A DNA stretch of 63,658 bases, filler included, from Octopus bimaculoides (GCF_001194135.2; 7 parts of 6 records of this genome joined end to end with filler, not necessarily neighbours in it), one strand, 5' to 3'. Shown: positions 1-10,650, counted from the whole stretch's first letter. The notes: a model not told the origin generated them from the letters alone. A program made the numbers and translations.

Positions 1-523
1 ATCATCATCATCGTCATCATCGTCATCATCATCGTCATCATCATCATCGTCAACATCATCATTATCATCACTACCACCATCACCAAACTCTACCATCATT
101 ATCATCATCATCATCCGAGTTATCTGCACCCACACCTGAAGAACCACCACCTTCACTATCACCATCATCACCGTCATCATCATCGTCATCATCGTCATCA
201 TCATCATCATCACCATCACCATCATCATCATCATCATCATCATCGTCCCCATCATCATCTTCATCATCATCACTATTCACATCAATCTCATCCATTACTA
301 CCATCACCACCACCACCACCACCACCACCAACATCCCGACTAGAACCACTACCATCATTATTATCATCATCATTCCCGTTATCTACACCCACACCCGAAC
401 AACCACCACCTTCACCATCACCATCATCACCATCATCATCATCGTCACCATCATCATCATTACCATCATCATCGTCGTCACCATCATCATCATTACCATC
501 ATCATCGTCACCATCATCATCAC

Positions 524-560
<37 letters not shown>

Positions 561-620
561 GTTGTCATCGTTGTCGTCACTATTTTCATTCTCATCGTCC
601 GTCACCATCTTCATCATTGC
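1..620. repeat. Degenerate (CAT/ATC/CAC)n trinucleotide tract with an internal higher-order duplication
   Basis: Continuous ATC/CAT/CAC triplets. The unit atcatccgagttatctgcacccacacctgaagaaccaccaccttcac near 105-155 recurs as atcattcccgttatctacacccacacccgaacaaccaccaccttcac near 368-415. The poly-D/M ORFs here are by-products. Confidence 0.9.
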
Positions 621-929
621 GATCACTATCTTAATCTTTCTCATTAGCATCATTAGAATTTTCGACGATGCAATCTTTACCACTTTCACTAATGTGTTTA
701 TTGCTATTATTTTACTGCTTTCCATATCGGCTGTACTTCGGTTCTCTATTTCGGCCTTGGACCCTTTCCAGTAATTCTAAAGTTAGAATATCGTTGAACC
801 TCTACAGCTATCTCTTTGAGTTTAGCTTTCTATCTAATTTTCCAAATGTCTTAACTGCGTCAGCGCAAGTCTATGTCAGCAATTTACCGTCAACACACAC
901 ACAGACGTTAACATTCACACGTATGTGAA

Positions 930-1120
930 TATATATGTATACATAATACAGTTCTATATCTAAGAGATGAGGAATTATGTACATTATTTACATTTGACGG
1001 ATATTTATCCTCATCTTGTTTGTTGTTAACACAACCTTTCGGCTGATATACCCTCTGGCCTTCATCAGGTGTCCCGGGTAAATTTCGAACCTGGGTTGTC
1101 ATTCCTAAGTTATTTTTCGA

Positions 1121-1153
<33 letters not shown>

Positions 1154-1212
1154 GGTCACTGCCTGGAATCGAACTAGGAATCTTGGGGTAGCAGGTCGCA
1201 CTCTTAACCACT
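930..1212 (-). mobile_element. tRNA-headed SINE (head + (AAT)n + Penelope-like hammerhead-type 3' part), copy 1
   Basis: Minus strand reads GTGGTTAAGAGTGCG...CCCCAAGATTCCTAGTTCGATTCCAGGCAGTGACC (B box GTTCGATTCC), then (AAT)n, then GACACCTGATGAAGGCCAGAGGGTATATCAGCCGAAAGGTTGTGTT. Colinear with the copy at 1215-1510. Confidence 0.75.
1028..1073 (-). ncRNA. Candidate minimal type I hammerhead ribozyme (variant copy)
   Basis: GACAC (stem I) - CUGAUGA - A - GGCCA...CAGCC (stem II, partly paired) - GAAA - GGUU - GUGUU (stem I partner). The core is intact; the stem III palindrome is altered relative to the other copy (AACGUU to AAGGUU). Confidence 0.5.
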
Positions 1213-1214
1213 TG

Positions 1215-1273
1215 TTGTTAAGAGAGCGGGGCTACTAACCCCAAGATTCCGAGTTCGATTCCAGGTAGTGACT

Positions 1274-1355
<82 letters not shown>

Positions 1356-1510
1356 CATCAAAAATACTTTAGGAATGAGAACCCAAGTTCGAAATTTCCC
1401 CAAGACACTTGATGAAGGTTGCAGGGTATATCAGCCGAAACGTTGTGTTAACAACAAACAAGATGAGGATAAATATCCGTCAATTGTAAATAATGTAAAT
1501 AATGTATGTA
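1215..1510 (+). mobile_element. tRNA-headed SINE (same family), copy 2, head-to-head with copy 1
   Basis: GTTAAGAGAGCGGGGCTACTAACCCCAAGATTCCGAGTTCGATTCCAGG: anticodon-like stem-loop GGGG-CTACTAA-CCCC and a B box. Then (AAT)n, then GACACTTGATGAAGGTTGCAGGGTATATCAGCCGAAACGTTGTGTT. Confidence 0.75.
1404..1449 (+). ncRNA. Candidate minimal type I hammerhead ribozyme (C3U variant)
   Basis: GACAC - UUGAUGA - A - GGUUG/CAGCC stem II - GAAA - CGUU - GUGUU. Stem I GACAC/GUGUU pairs fully; stem III is the palindrome AACGUU; predicted cleavage after 1444. Confidence 0.55.
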
Positions 1511-1524
1511 TATATAGTTGGAAT

Positions 1525-1640
1525 TTACAGAAAAACAAAAGACGAAGACAGGTGTATAAACAACAAACAGGTGTATTAGTTTAACACTCGGGAATGTGAG
1601 AAAGTCTTTTATGTTTGGGAAGGTGAGAAAGTCTTTTATG
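1525..1640. repeat. Dispersed repeat, probable Penelope-type terminal fragment
   Basis: aaaaacaaaagacgaagacaggtg...acaacaaaca..tgtattagtttaacactcgggaa is shared with 45965-46076. Confidence 0.55.
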
Positions 1641-1799
1641 CTCTTAAATAGAAAGGAGCACGATGAAATAATCAGAGAGAGAATAAAAAAAAAACTTTTG
1701 GGGTTAGCGGTCAATTATGGCGGCTGGCTGGACAAAGGTAGTTAGACAGGAGAGCTAGGAAGAAGGGTAGATAATAAAGTACCGGTGATCCCAAAACGA

Positions 1800-2476
1800 A
1801 GGTGCGCGTGCGTGTGCATGCGAGAGTGTGTGTGTGTGTGTGTGCATGTGGATAGGGGCTGGTGACTTTGTCGTGTGTTTGTGTGCGTGTGTGTGTGCGT
1901 CTGTAATGTGTGCGTGTGTGTGTGCGTCTGTAATGTGTGGGTGTGTGGATGATGATGTAGGTGCTGGGAAGTGGTCAGTGCTAGTGTATGCAGGGTGGTA
2001 GGATGTGGTGTGGTGGTTTGTGGTGTGGTGTGGCATGATGTGGTGGTTGGGTTTGATCCAACAAAGGAGTCCTCGAGTCATCTGCGGCATATAGGAATTC
2101 CATTTTCTGATGATTCAACGATTTGTACATGAGTCATTAAATACAACAGCGATCTTGTAAATAATAACAAATAAATTTTTACTTTAAATAATATAACAAA
2201 ACTTTCATTAAAATCAGCGACGACATTTCCAATAATGTAAAGTAAAAAAAAAAAATAATAATAATAACTAAAAGAAATTTGAGATCGCTAAAAGTCAATA
2301 GCGTCAAGAAACCAATATCTTGTTATGTTATTTATCAAGGATTTCCTTCTTTTTTTTATTCTTTTTTTGTTATATTTAGTAAAAATTAACGTTCGTTTTA
2401 GAATTCACTGTAGAAAATCATGCTTTAAATATAAAGATATCGCACAATCTACACACGTGGTCTCTCTGACCCTCTG

Positions 2477-2546
<70 letters not shown>

Positions 2547-2557
2547 TGTGTGTGTGT

Positions 2558-2600
<43 letters not shown>

Positions 2601-2612
2601 TATATATATATA
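1800..2612. repeat. (TG)n, (GGT)-rich and (TA)n/(TG)n microsatellite blocks (1800-2050 and 2477-2612)
   Basis: Direct di- and trinucleotide runs with unique AT-rich sequence between the two blocks. Confidence 0.85.
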
Positions 2613-2654
2613 AAGGAACTTATTGATTATACGCCCTGCAACTTAGATTTTCGG

Positions 2655-2762
2655 TAAAATAAGTATCAGATTAAAAAATATGTACTGGGGTCGATTTGTT
2701 CGACTAAACCCTTCAAGGCGGTGCCCATCATGGCCGCAATCCAATGACAGAAACAAGTTAAA
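2655..2762 (+). mobile_element. SINE family B, 3' fragment
   Basis: aataag..ctggggtcgatttgttcgactaaa..aaggcggtgccc..catggccgca..caatgacagaaacaag matches the tail of the fuller copies at 59085-59470 and 22785-23225. Confidence 0.7.
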
Positions 2763-3753
2763 AAAAGATTATGCGTTAATAAGATCATAATTGTGAAGTT
2801 CAGTATACCTTATATACCAATTGATACAGAACCAAATCTATTCGGAGCTGGTTTTACAATACATGTAGTTTCGGGAGTAAGTTGGCCGGTTAGCAGATAT
2901 TATTGACCAATAATTACTCTATGAAAGAAGTAATGTATTTTAGTTTACATGATATATTAAAAAGTTCATTTTATACCCCGTTCTGAGTTTCTTTAGTTTC
3001 TGTGTTTTAATTTTGTTGGTTCATTAAGTTTTCCAGAAACTCAAATGAAAACAAACGAATATATTTCACATGAATTATAGAATACGATATTAAATAAACG
3101 TTCAAACAATTGTTAAAAACAACATAGAAACAGCTTCGATGTTTACATCTTCAGTTAACATAAAACATTATTCTGTATATACAATTCTATATTAATGAAA
3201 CTGAAATTTAATTTCACGAATCAATATTGATATTAACGGATGCAAGTATATCTAATTTCGAGGTTCTACTAATCTAAGCAAAATAAGAAAGTGTGTGGGA
3301 TTATATTGAGGAGAGAAAATTAGAGAGAGACAAATAGAATCGATGAAGGTGAGAGAATGTGATAGAAAAACACAAATATTGTAACAAGGAGAAGACAAAA
3401 GGGACAGAGCAAGATGTAAAACAAGTTCGATGCGGAGCACAAGGAAAGAAAAAGATATTGACAGAAAATTTAAACTCACATTTGTAATAATATACGTGTA
3501 TGCGCGTGTGTGTATTTATGTATGAGGGTACGTATGAAGAGAATGTATGTACACGTAGATAAACATATGGGCATGTATTTTCGTATATATATATATATAT
3601 ATATATATATTCGAAAACTTATGTACATATAACATTTTTTTTTAATTATTGCGATTCCTTTAATGCGATTTAAGCCATTTGAATGTTCAATTAAGGAGTT
3701 GAACAAGAATTTCTGTTAACTTTTATGTTTCTTCGTCAATAGGGCAGGTATTA

Positions 3754-4402
3754 TTTTCTACTCAAAGCACAAGGCCCGAAATTTTGGGGGAGGGGGCCAG
3801 TCGATTAGATCCACCCCAGTACGCAACTGATACTTAATTTATCGACTCCGAAATGATGAAAGGCAAAGTCGACCTCGGCGGAATTTGAACCCAGAACGTA
3901 GCGACGGGGGAAATACTGCTAAACATTTCGTCCAGCGTGAATAATTAAAATTCTTTTCTACTTTAAGCACAAGGCCTGGATTATGTGGGGAACTGGCTAG
4001 TCAATTAGATCGACCCAAGTATGCAACTGGTACTAAATTATCGACCCCGAAAGGATAAAAGGCAAAGTCGACCTCGGCGGAATTTGAATCCAGAACGTAG
4101 CGAAGGGGCGAAATAGTGCTAAACATTTCGCCCAGCGTGAATATTTATAATCCTTTCTACTTAACATTTCTTATTTCTTTATTTCCCACAAGAGGCTAAA
4201 CATAGAGGGGACAAACAAGGACAGACAAAGGGATTAAGTCGATTACATCGACCCCAGTACGTAACTGGTACTTAAATTATCGACCCCGAAAGGATGAAAG
4301 GCAAAGTTGACCTCGGCCGAATTTGAACTCAGAACGTAAGGACAGACGAAATACCGCTAAGCATTTCGCCCGGCGTGCTAACGTTTCTGCCAGCTCGCCG
4401 CC
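3754..4402 (-). mobile_element. Three tandem copies of tRNA-derived SINE family A (3754-3940, 3953-4140, 4167-4402)
   Basis: Minus-strand head GGCGGCGAGCTGGCAGAAACGTTAGCACGCCGGGCG, B-box-like GAGTTCAAATTC, and conserved core TTTGCCTTTCATCCTTTCGGGGTCGATAA..AAGTACCAG present three times. Confidence 0.9.
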
Positions 4403-5418
4403 TTCAAAACAGTAGGTATTAGGTGTACAGAAGACATAGACACACTTTCGACACTTGCACATTTTGACCCAGCAGCACACCTAAGATATAACTCTTGAAG
4501 GGTGAGAGATGGTACCAACACCAGGCTGGTAGTTATTTTCAGTCGAGTAAATTGGAGCAACGTGAAATGAACCGATGCACTAGGCATCACCCTGTCGTGC
4601 AGGAGCACCGCATCATAGTTATTAAATCGGTGATTTTACAAGAAAATGTGAATTTAGCACAATCTGCTTCACGATAAAATGTACATGAGGACTATTTGTT
4701 TCTTGACCCTGAAATTTATTGTAGTGTTATTATTATAGTGAATAATGTACAATCTATGTTATGACTGATTAGGTTTCATTTAACATACTTTTTTCATATT
4801 GGTTACAGTAAACACAAAAACTGTTTTAACCTTAAATGAGACGATAGTACCAAAAAAGAAACATGTTTACTGAACCTGTTACAATAAACATACAGGTTAA
4901 ACAAACCGGTTAGATTAAACAGAGATAATATAATTATCACTAAAATAAACGCTAGGCTCAACCCTAACCAAACCTGAAGGCTAAACCTAAAGGGATTATT
5001 TAAACTTTGCAGCTGCATTGCCAGAGTAGTTCTAGAAGATGGGGGATGGGTTGGAAAATTGGTAATGCTGTAAGGGGTGAGTAGAAGGGGTCGGTAGAAG
5101 GAACCTTGAGAAAAACATCGAAGTCATGATGCTCGATCAACTAATTCTAAGAATGCATCATCTTGGCACTTGGCAGCTGCTTCCACGTCATCTTCATAGC
5201 CTCGGTCTCGAGCGTTAGCAGCCTTCTTTCTGTCTGCCGTATGATTTATAGACAGGCACCAATAGGCAGACAGTCAGGCAGTCAGATACACACGACATAA
5301 GCACACACACACATATACAAATAAAAGCGAACGTATTCGGACATTGATATACAGACAGCTGCATATATATTCATATATACAAGCATACATATACACATAC
5401 ATATATACATATATGTAT

Positions 5419-5468
<50 letters not shown>

Positions 5469-5637
5469 GCGCACATACACGCACAAATACGTACATCTTC
5501 TTGCTTATGTGATTATGTGAAAGTGAAAGCATCAGAGTACATCAATGAATAATAATACAACAATAAACACACATTGAATATGCCTCACATATAATGTACA
5601 CATGCACCAACAACATATTCATACATATATATGTATG

Positions 5638-5679
<42 letters not shown>

Positions 5680-6182
5680 NNNNNNNNNNNNNNNNNNNNN
5701 NNNNNNNNNNNNNNNNNNNNNNNNNNNNNNNNNNNNNNNNNNNNNNNNNNNNNNNNNNNNNNNNNNNNNNNNNNNNNNNNNNNNNNNNNNNNNNNNNNNN
5801 NNNNNNNNNNNNNNNNNNNNNNNNNNNNNNNNNNNNNNNNNNNNNNNNNNNNNNNNNNNNNNNNNNNNNNNNNNNNNNNNNNNNNNNNNNNNNNNNNNNN
5901 NNNNNNNNNNNNNNNNNNNNNNNNNNNNNNNNNNNNNNNNNNNNNATATACATGTCTATATACGTTTACAATTTTACAATTTAGAAACACATTACTCATC
6001 GTAGCATCTTTCATATGTTATCTATTTCTATCCCCCACCCGCCCTCTTTTTTGCTCCGCATACAAATCTTGATTTGTTTCTCTGCGTTTCTATTTATGGT
6101 CGCTGCCAGATACACACACATACGCACTCAAACACACGCGCAAAGGTATATATGAATGTGTATGTATATATATATGAATACA

Positions 6183-6222
<40 letters not shown>

Positions 6223-7669
6223 TGTGGATAGCCTGTGGACACAAGTCTAACGTCAAATCTTCATTTCCTGATTTTTAATCTTTCTCTTAACTTCTTATCT
6301 TCATATCTCTGTTGCCAATCTCGTCCTTGGGCCGATCTCCATTCATTTATATCATCTGGTATTCTCATATTCATTTCGTTCTTTTATCCACCATCGTCTG
6401 AATTCAATTGTAATAATTATTATAAATGCCATTAAGATAATGGTTAAAGAATTCAGATCACAGATTATAAATGTTTCGTTCTTGTATATGGTTAATGAAA
6501 TTCTTGATGAGAACTGTGTTGTAATATATATTTTGTGGTATCCGGGAGGGTCATTTTACAAATAATAAACACACACTCCGATTGTATTGCAAATCTTTAT
6601 TTTTTTACTTGTTAAATGGTTAACCATTTTACTATTAAATAATCGATTGTTTCGTTAATCACTCGGTCAACAAATCATTCAGCTAGGTTTTTCAAACCGC
6701 TTTCGTTACCATTCGCAACCTCTCATCAGACTGGAGACATACCTAGAATAAAAAGGGCACGTTATTGTTGAGGTCACAAATGGCGACGAATGGACTTTGA
6801 CAAACCTAAATGATTGACTGATTGCACGATTAATCAAGTAATCAATTAGTTAATTTGTTCACGAGCAAATAATAAAACAAAGAAGTAAAATAGAACCAAA
6901 GCGTGTGTTTATTATTGGCATAATGAACCTCCCGACATACAACACATTTTTAAACTTGTACATGATAAGGCATATATAGTTGTATTCTTGAAACTATTCC
7001 TGTGTTTCTTGTACAAAATGGTGAAAAATCTTTAGGATTTTGTGATTTTTTTCACGCGTTTCCTTATTTTCATTTGCTTTTTAAAAATCTTTGTTCACAT
7101 GTAATCCCAGTCAATGCATTTTTATGAATGAATTAAGACTTTACTCTTGGATTTGCTTCTATCATTTAACTGCGACCATGCTGGAGCGTTGTGCTGAGTG
7201 ACGTCAGCGCTAAACTTTTAAATCTGTACTTATCTTACCAATAGTGCAACTTAGGCTGAATCGCGAGAGATAATCAACGCATTAAACGCAGACAAAAGCA
7301 CATTGTACAAGTGCTGTGTGCGTGTGTGTGTGTGCGCTCGTNNNNNNNNNNNNNNNNNNNNNNNNNNNNNNNNNNNNNNNNNNNNNNNNNNNNNNNNNNN
7401 NNNNNNNNNNNNNNNNNNNNNNNNNNNNNNNNNNNNNNNNNNNNNNNNNNNNNNNNNNNNNNNNNNNNNNNNNNNNNNNNNNNNNNNNNNNNNNNNNNNN
7501 NNNNNNNNNNNNNNNNNNNNNNNNNNNNNNNNNNNNNNNNNNNNNNNNNNNNNNNNNNNNNNNNNNNNNNNNNNNNNNNNNNGAGTAACGCTGGTAGTAT
7601 ACCTTTGCCACGGTGGATAATATAAGGAAATATTTTATACTGTATGATAATTATAATTTTATAATTTGG

Positions 7670-7823
7670 TGGTGGTGGTTGTGGTGGTGGAGGGGGAGGG
7701 TAAAGAAGAAGAAGAAGAAGAAGAAGAAGAAGAAGATGATGATGATGATGATGATGATGATAAAGAAGAAGAAGAAGAAGAAGAAGAAGAAGAAGAAGAA
7801 GAAGAAGAAGAAGAAGAAGAAGA
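7670..7823. repeat. Compound (GGT)(GAA)(GAT)(GAA) microsatellite
   Basis: Direct triplet runs. These are the source of the poly-K/L/F ORFs. Confidence 0.9.
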
Positions 7824-8208
7824 AGATGCTTTCTAATCGATGTATCAATGCGAACAGATAACAGTGTTTCTGTAAAAGAAACGGAGAAACTTTCAAAATA
7901 CAGAGATCTTGAAATAGAGGTAACTCGAATGTACAGCCTAAAAACAGAAACAATTCCAATAACAGTAGGCGCATTATGTATGATGAAAACAAAATCATTC
8001 AGACAAATACATAACACAAACACCAGGACTTACAAAGCATATATAGCATAGATAAAATAGCACTAGTAGGCAGGCACCACACACATTCTACATAAAACAC
8101 GTTCAATACAGTGAAAATAAGAGTACCACAACAAACCACAGCACATACCCAAGGCACACAGAGCTGCGCTCGGTAGTGCAGTGAAAGCACGTGATAAAAA
8201 TTAGACTA

Positions 8209-8211
<3 letters not shown>
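7824..8211 (+). mobile_element. R4/Dong-type LINE 3' fragment (restriction-like endonuclease C-terminus + 3' UTR), followed by (AAT)n
   Basis: Translates as CFLIDVSMRTDNSVSVKETEKLSKYRDLEIEVTRMYSLKTETIPITVGAL, the typical RLE C-terminus of R4/Dong elements. Same family as 19604-19864. Confidence 0.8.
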
Positions 8212-8268
<57 letters not shown>

Positions 8269-8273
<5 letters not shown>

Positions 8274-8465
8274 CTATTATAAAATAACCACCATAGGACT
8301 GCAAAAATACCTACTCCAGAAGCAAGGGAAACTAATACAAATAGCCACAAAACACGAGCAAAACAAAAAACTGTTTTCAGTATTTAAGGAAGCTGACAAA
8401 TACAAACAAGAAATCAATCTACCTAACAAATACGAAGAAGAAGAAGAAGAAACAACAAAAGCTAT
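8269..8465 (+). mobile_element. R4/Dong-type LINE fragment (post-RT region), starting directly after (AAT)n
   Basis: NYYKITTIGLQKYLLQKQGKLIQIATKHEQNKKLFSVFKEADKYKQE; cut off by an assembly join. Confidence 0.6.
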
Positions 8466-8565
8466 NNNNNNNNNNNNNNNNNNNNNNNNNNNNNNNNNNN
8501 NNNNNNNNNTTAATTAATTAANNNNNNNNNNNNNNNNNNNNNNNNNNNNNNNNNNNNNNNNNNNN
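8466..8565. other. Artificial scaffold join (44 N + TTAATTAATTAA + 44 N); identical joins at 19865-19964, 41668-41767, 47086-47185, 57060-57159, 61858-61957
   Basis: Exactly 100 bp each time. The 12-mer is palindromic and gives TAA stops in all six frames. Confidence 0.92.
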
Positions 8566-8832
8566 GTACTCTTTCTTTATTTTTTCTTTCATTTGTGTAT
8601 GTTGTATCCTATCTAGTTCATTGACTCCTAAATACTTATATGGTTGGCTTTCGTCTAGTTCTCTTATTTCATTGGCTTTATCTAGTGTTATATTGCTACT
8701 TTTAACTAATTTTCCTCTTTTCAGGGTTGCTTTGGCACATTTTTCTAATCCGAATTTCATTTCTATTTCCTTGGTAAAGCCGTGTACTGTCTGTAGTAGT
8801 GTTTCTAGCTCTTTGTCGTTTTTTGCATATAA

Positions 8833-8835
<3 letters not shown>
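8566..8835 (-). mobile_element. R4/Dong-type LINE RT fragment (end of palm and thumb)
   Basis: KLYAKNDKELETLLQTVHGFTKEIEMKFGLEKCAKATLKRGK...YKYLGVNE...MKEKIKKEY, the segment that normally follows YMDDL. It begins right after an (AAT)n run. Confidence 0.85.
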
Positions 8836-8887
<52 letters not shown>

Positions 8888-8889
8888 GT

Positions 8890-8920
<31 letters not shown>

Positions 8921-8924
8921 ATTA

Positions 8925-9245
8925 TTATCTTTATATGAAAACTCACAACCTATTTTGCTGGGTATGATGGAAAGTGTAATTGTTCACAGCCAGCAAACTA
9001 AGTTGTCACATGTTTACTGGTCATGCTTCAAGAACACTGCGAAAAATTCTTGCAGTTCCAGACGATGCTGATCTTTGTAGGTGTTTTACTTTCACACTTG
9101 CACCAATCTTTTTCAACCATGTTGGTAGCTGAGTGCTGATACTTCCAAGTGCACCAATTACTATTGGTATGAAGTCTACTCTCTTCATTGACCACAACTT
9201 TCGTATTTCCCACTTCAAATCGTTATAGTTGTTTAATACAAATTC
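8925..9245 (-). mobile_element. Second R4/Dong-type family, 3' fragment with 3' UTR and (AAT/AAC)n tail
   Basis: YNDLKWEIRKLWSMKRVDFIPIVIGALGSISTQLPTWLKKIG...LQRSASSGTARIFRSVLEA* (RLE C-terminus). Its 3' UTR differs from that of 7824-8211. Confidence 0.8.
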
Positions 9246-9582
9246 AAATTCAAACATGAAGCTAGTTTTCCGTTAGATTCAGATTCAGTTTAAGTTGAAA
9301 CGCTTCGCCTCCCTTCTTTGGTTAAATTTTAAATTTACAGGTAGGCAGTGAGGAACGCTGCAGAAGGCACCTTCTCTCGGCGGTGATGCGCCCGCCAGAC
9401 CCACCCCCTCTATCATCTTCCCTGACATTCAATATCTGTCTACCTCACTTCCGTGTTTACAACTACTCCTAAGCAGTCCTTCTACTCTACTTGTCATTAT
9501 GAATGTATTATGCTGAACTTGCTGTGTTAAAGGGCTTCCTCCCCTCCCGAGTTGATCTTTCTTTCCTTTTCCTTTTATTTAT

Positions 9583-9659
<77 letters not shown>

Positions 9660-9662
<3 letters not shown>

Positions 9663-10008
9663 TCCCATGTATTTTTTATCGAGATGGTGTCTCGATAAAA
9701 ATACAGGTTGGTAGTAAACTAAAAACACATCTCATTTGTGGGTGAAAATGCCAAGCAAAATAGAAGACGATAACGGTGTGAAAGGGACTGGAACCAATAG
9801 TGAAGGTGCCGCGCTCGGCAGGTGGCCCACTGTGCATCAGGGTAGGCCCGGTCGTAATCCAACAACTGCTAGCCATGCTACAAACGTAAGTGAAGTAAAC
9901 AAGTAACCATAATGGTTATGGAGCGTTACTACCAGAGGATACGAATGGCGTGCCTGTCACAGGGTACAGAAAACGAATGCACAGTGAATGGAAGACAATA
10001 GAACTGAT
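9660..10008 (+). mobile_element. R4/Dong-type LINE 5' fragment (5' UTR + disrupted N-terminus)
   Basis: ATG at 9748. Across frameshifts it reads KRK*SKQVTIMVMERYYQ then NGVPVTGYRKRMHSEWKT, resembling the W(S/T)..N...MECYY...GYRKRM..W N-terminal motif of R4/Dong ORFs. Confidence 0.55.
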
Positions 10009-10016
10009 TATTATTA

Positions 10017-10088
<72 letters not shown>

Positions 10089-10089
10089 T

Positions 10090-10220
10090 TACGTGGACAA
10101 AGTGTTTAACAGCATTTCGCCCCGTCATTATCTTCTGAGCTCAAATTCCTCCGAGGTCGACCATGCCTTTCATCCTTTCGGAGTCGATAAAATAAGTACC
10201 AGCCAAATACCGGAGTCGAT
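10090..10220 (+). mobile_element. SINE family A, 5'-truncated
   Basis: gcatttcgcc..ttctgagctcaaattcc.ccgaggtcgacc.tgcctttcatcctttcggagtcgataaaataagtaccag. Confidence 0.85.
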
Positions 10221-10334
10221 ATAGCGAATTTATTAAGTGTGCGTCGACGAGGGCAATCCTATTATATCACTAGATGAGTCGCCCTGAAGAAGGCGCTTTG
10301 AGCAGAATCAATGTTTAATAAGTGAGTAGCGATA

Positions 10335-10650
10335 GAGAAAACAAGATTAAAAAGAGGCTTACGAAAAGCATCGTAACCAACGTGCTTGCTACAATATTGA
10401 CTCTCGACCAATTTTTCAATGCAAAGCACGAAGGCCTCAATGTTTGAGCTAAGGCATATATTTTAAGACGAAGGATAGGAAATCCTTCGATGTGCCCGAG
10501 TGGTAGCAAAGTCACAATTCTGAGCACGTACTACTAGGTTTTAAAAAGATGTGTACTGCTTTTCAGCGGCATTTTCAGGACTGTTCGAGATGAGTGGCGT
10601 GCTAGATCGCAGGATAGACTTCAATGCCTACCTCGATGGGTTGGCGCGAT
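10335..10650 (+). mobile_element. Old Tx1/L1-group ORF2 relic (APE-RT linker region)
   Basis: ttcaatgcaaagcacgaaggc..gctaaggca and gatgtgtactgcttttcagcggcatttt..gacttcaatgcctacc align by eye to 16385-16430 and 16540-16625 of the large element. Confidence 0.6.

Noticed and set aside
80-774. Asp-, Met- and Val-rich ORFs
   Set aside because: They are translations of the (CAT)n tract, with no splice or domain evidence.
1215-1273. Possible tRNA-Ser gene (ACT anticodon loop)
   Set aside because: It lacks the 5' acceptor strand and start of the D arm, is followed by (AAT)n and a shared downstream body, and has a diverged sister copy; it is a SINE head.
5585-7625. Long ORFs full of X (also at 20418-21197, 29226-29600, 31633-32382, 33213-33510, 38005-38449, 40401-41198)
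   Set aside because: They are open only because they run through N gaps and dinucleotide repeats.
8269-8835. One Dong element spanning the gap at 8466-8565
   Set aside because: The two sides are on opposite strands, both point into the gap, and the gap is an artificial join.
9370-9500. Possible Tx1 3'-end relic on minus (GAAGTGAGG...AGGGGGTGGGT)
   Set aside because: Similarity to 18605-18665 is too short and weak to call by eye.
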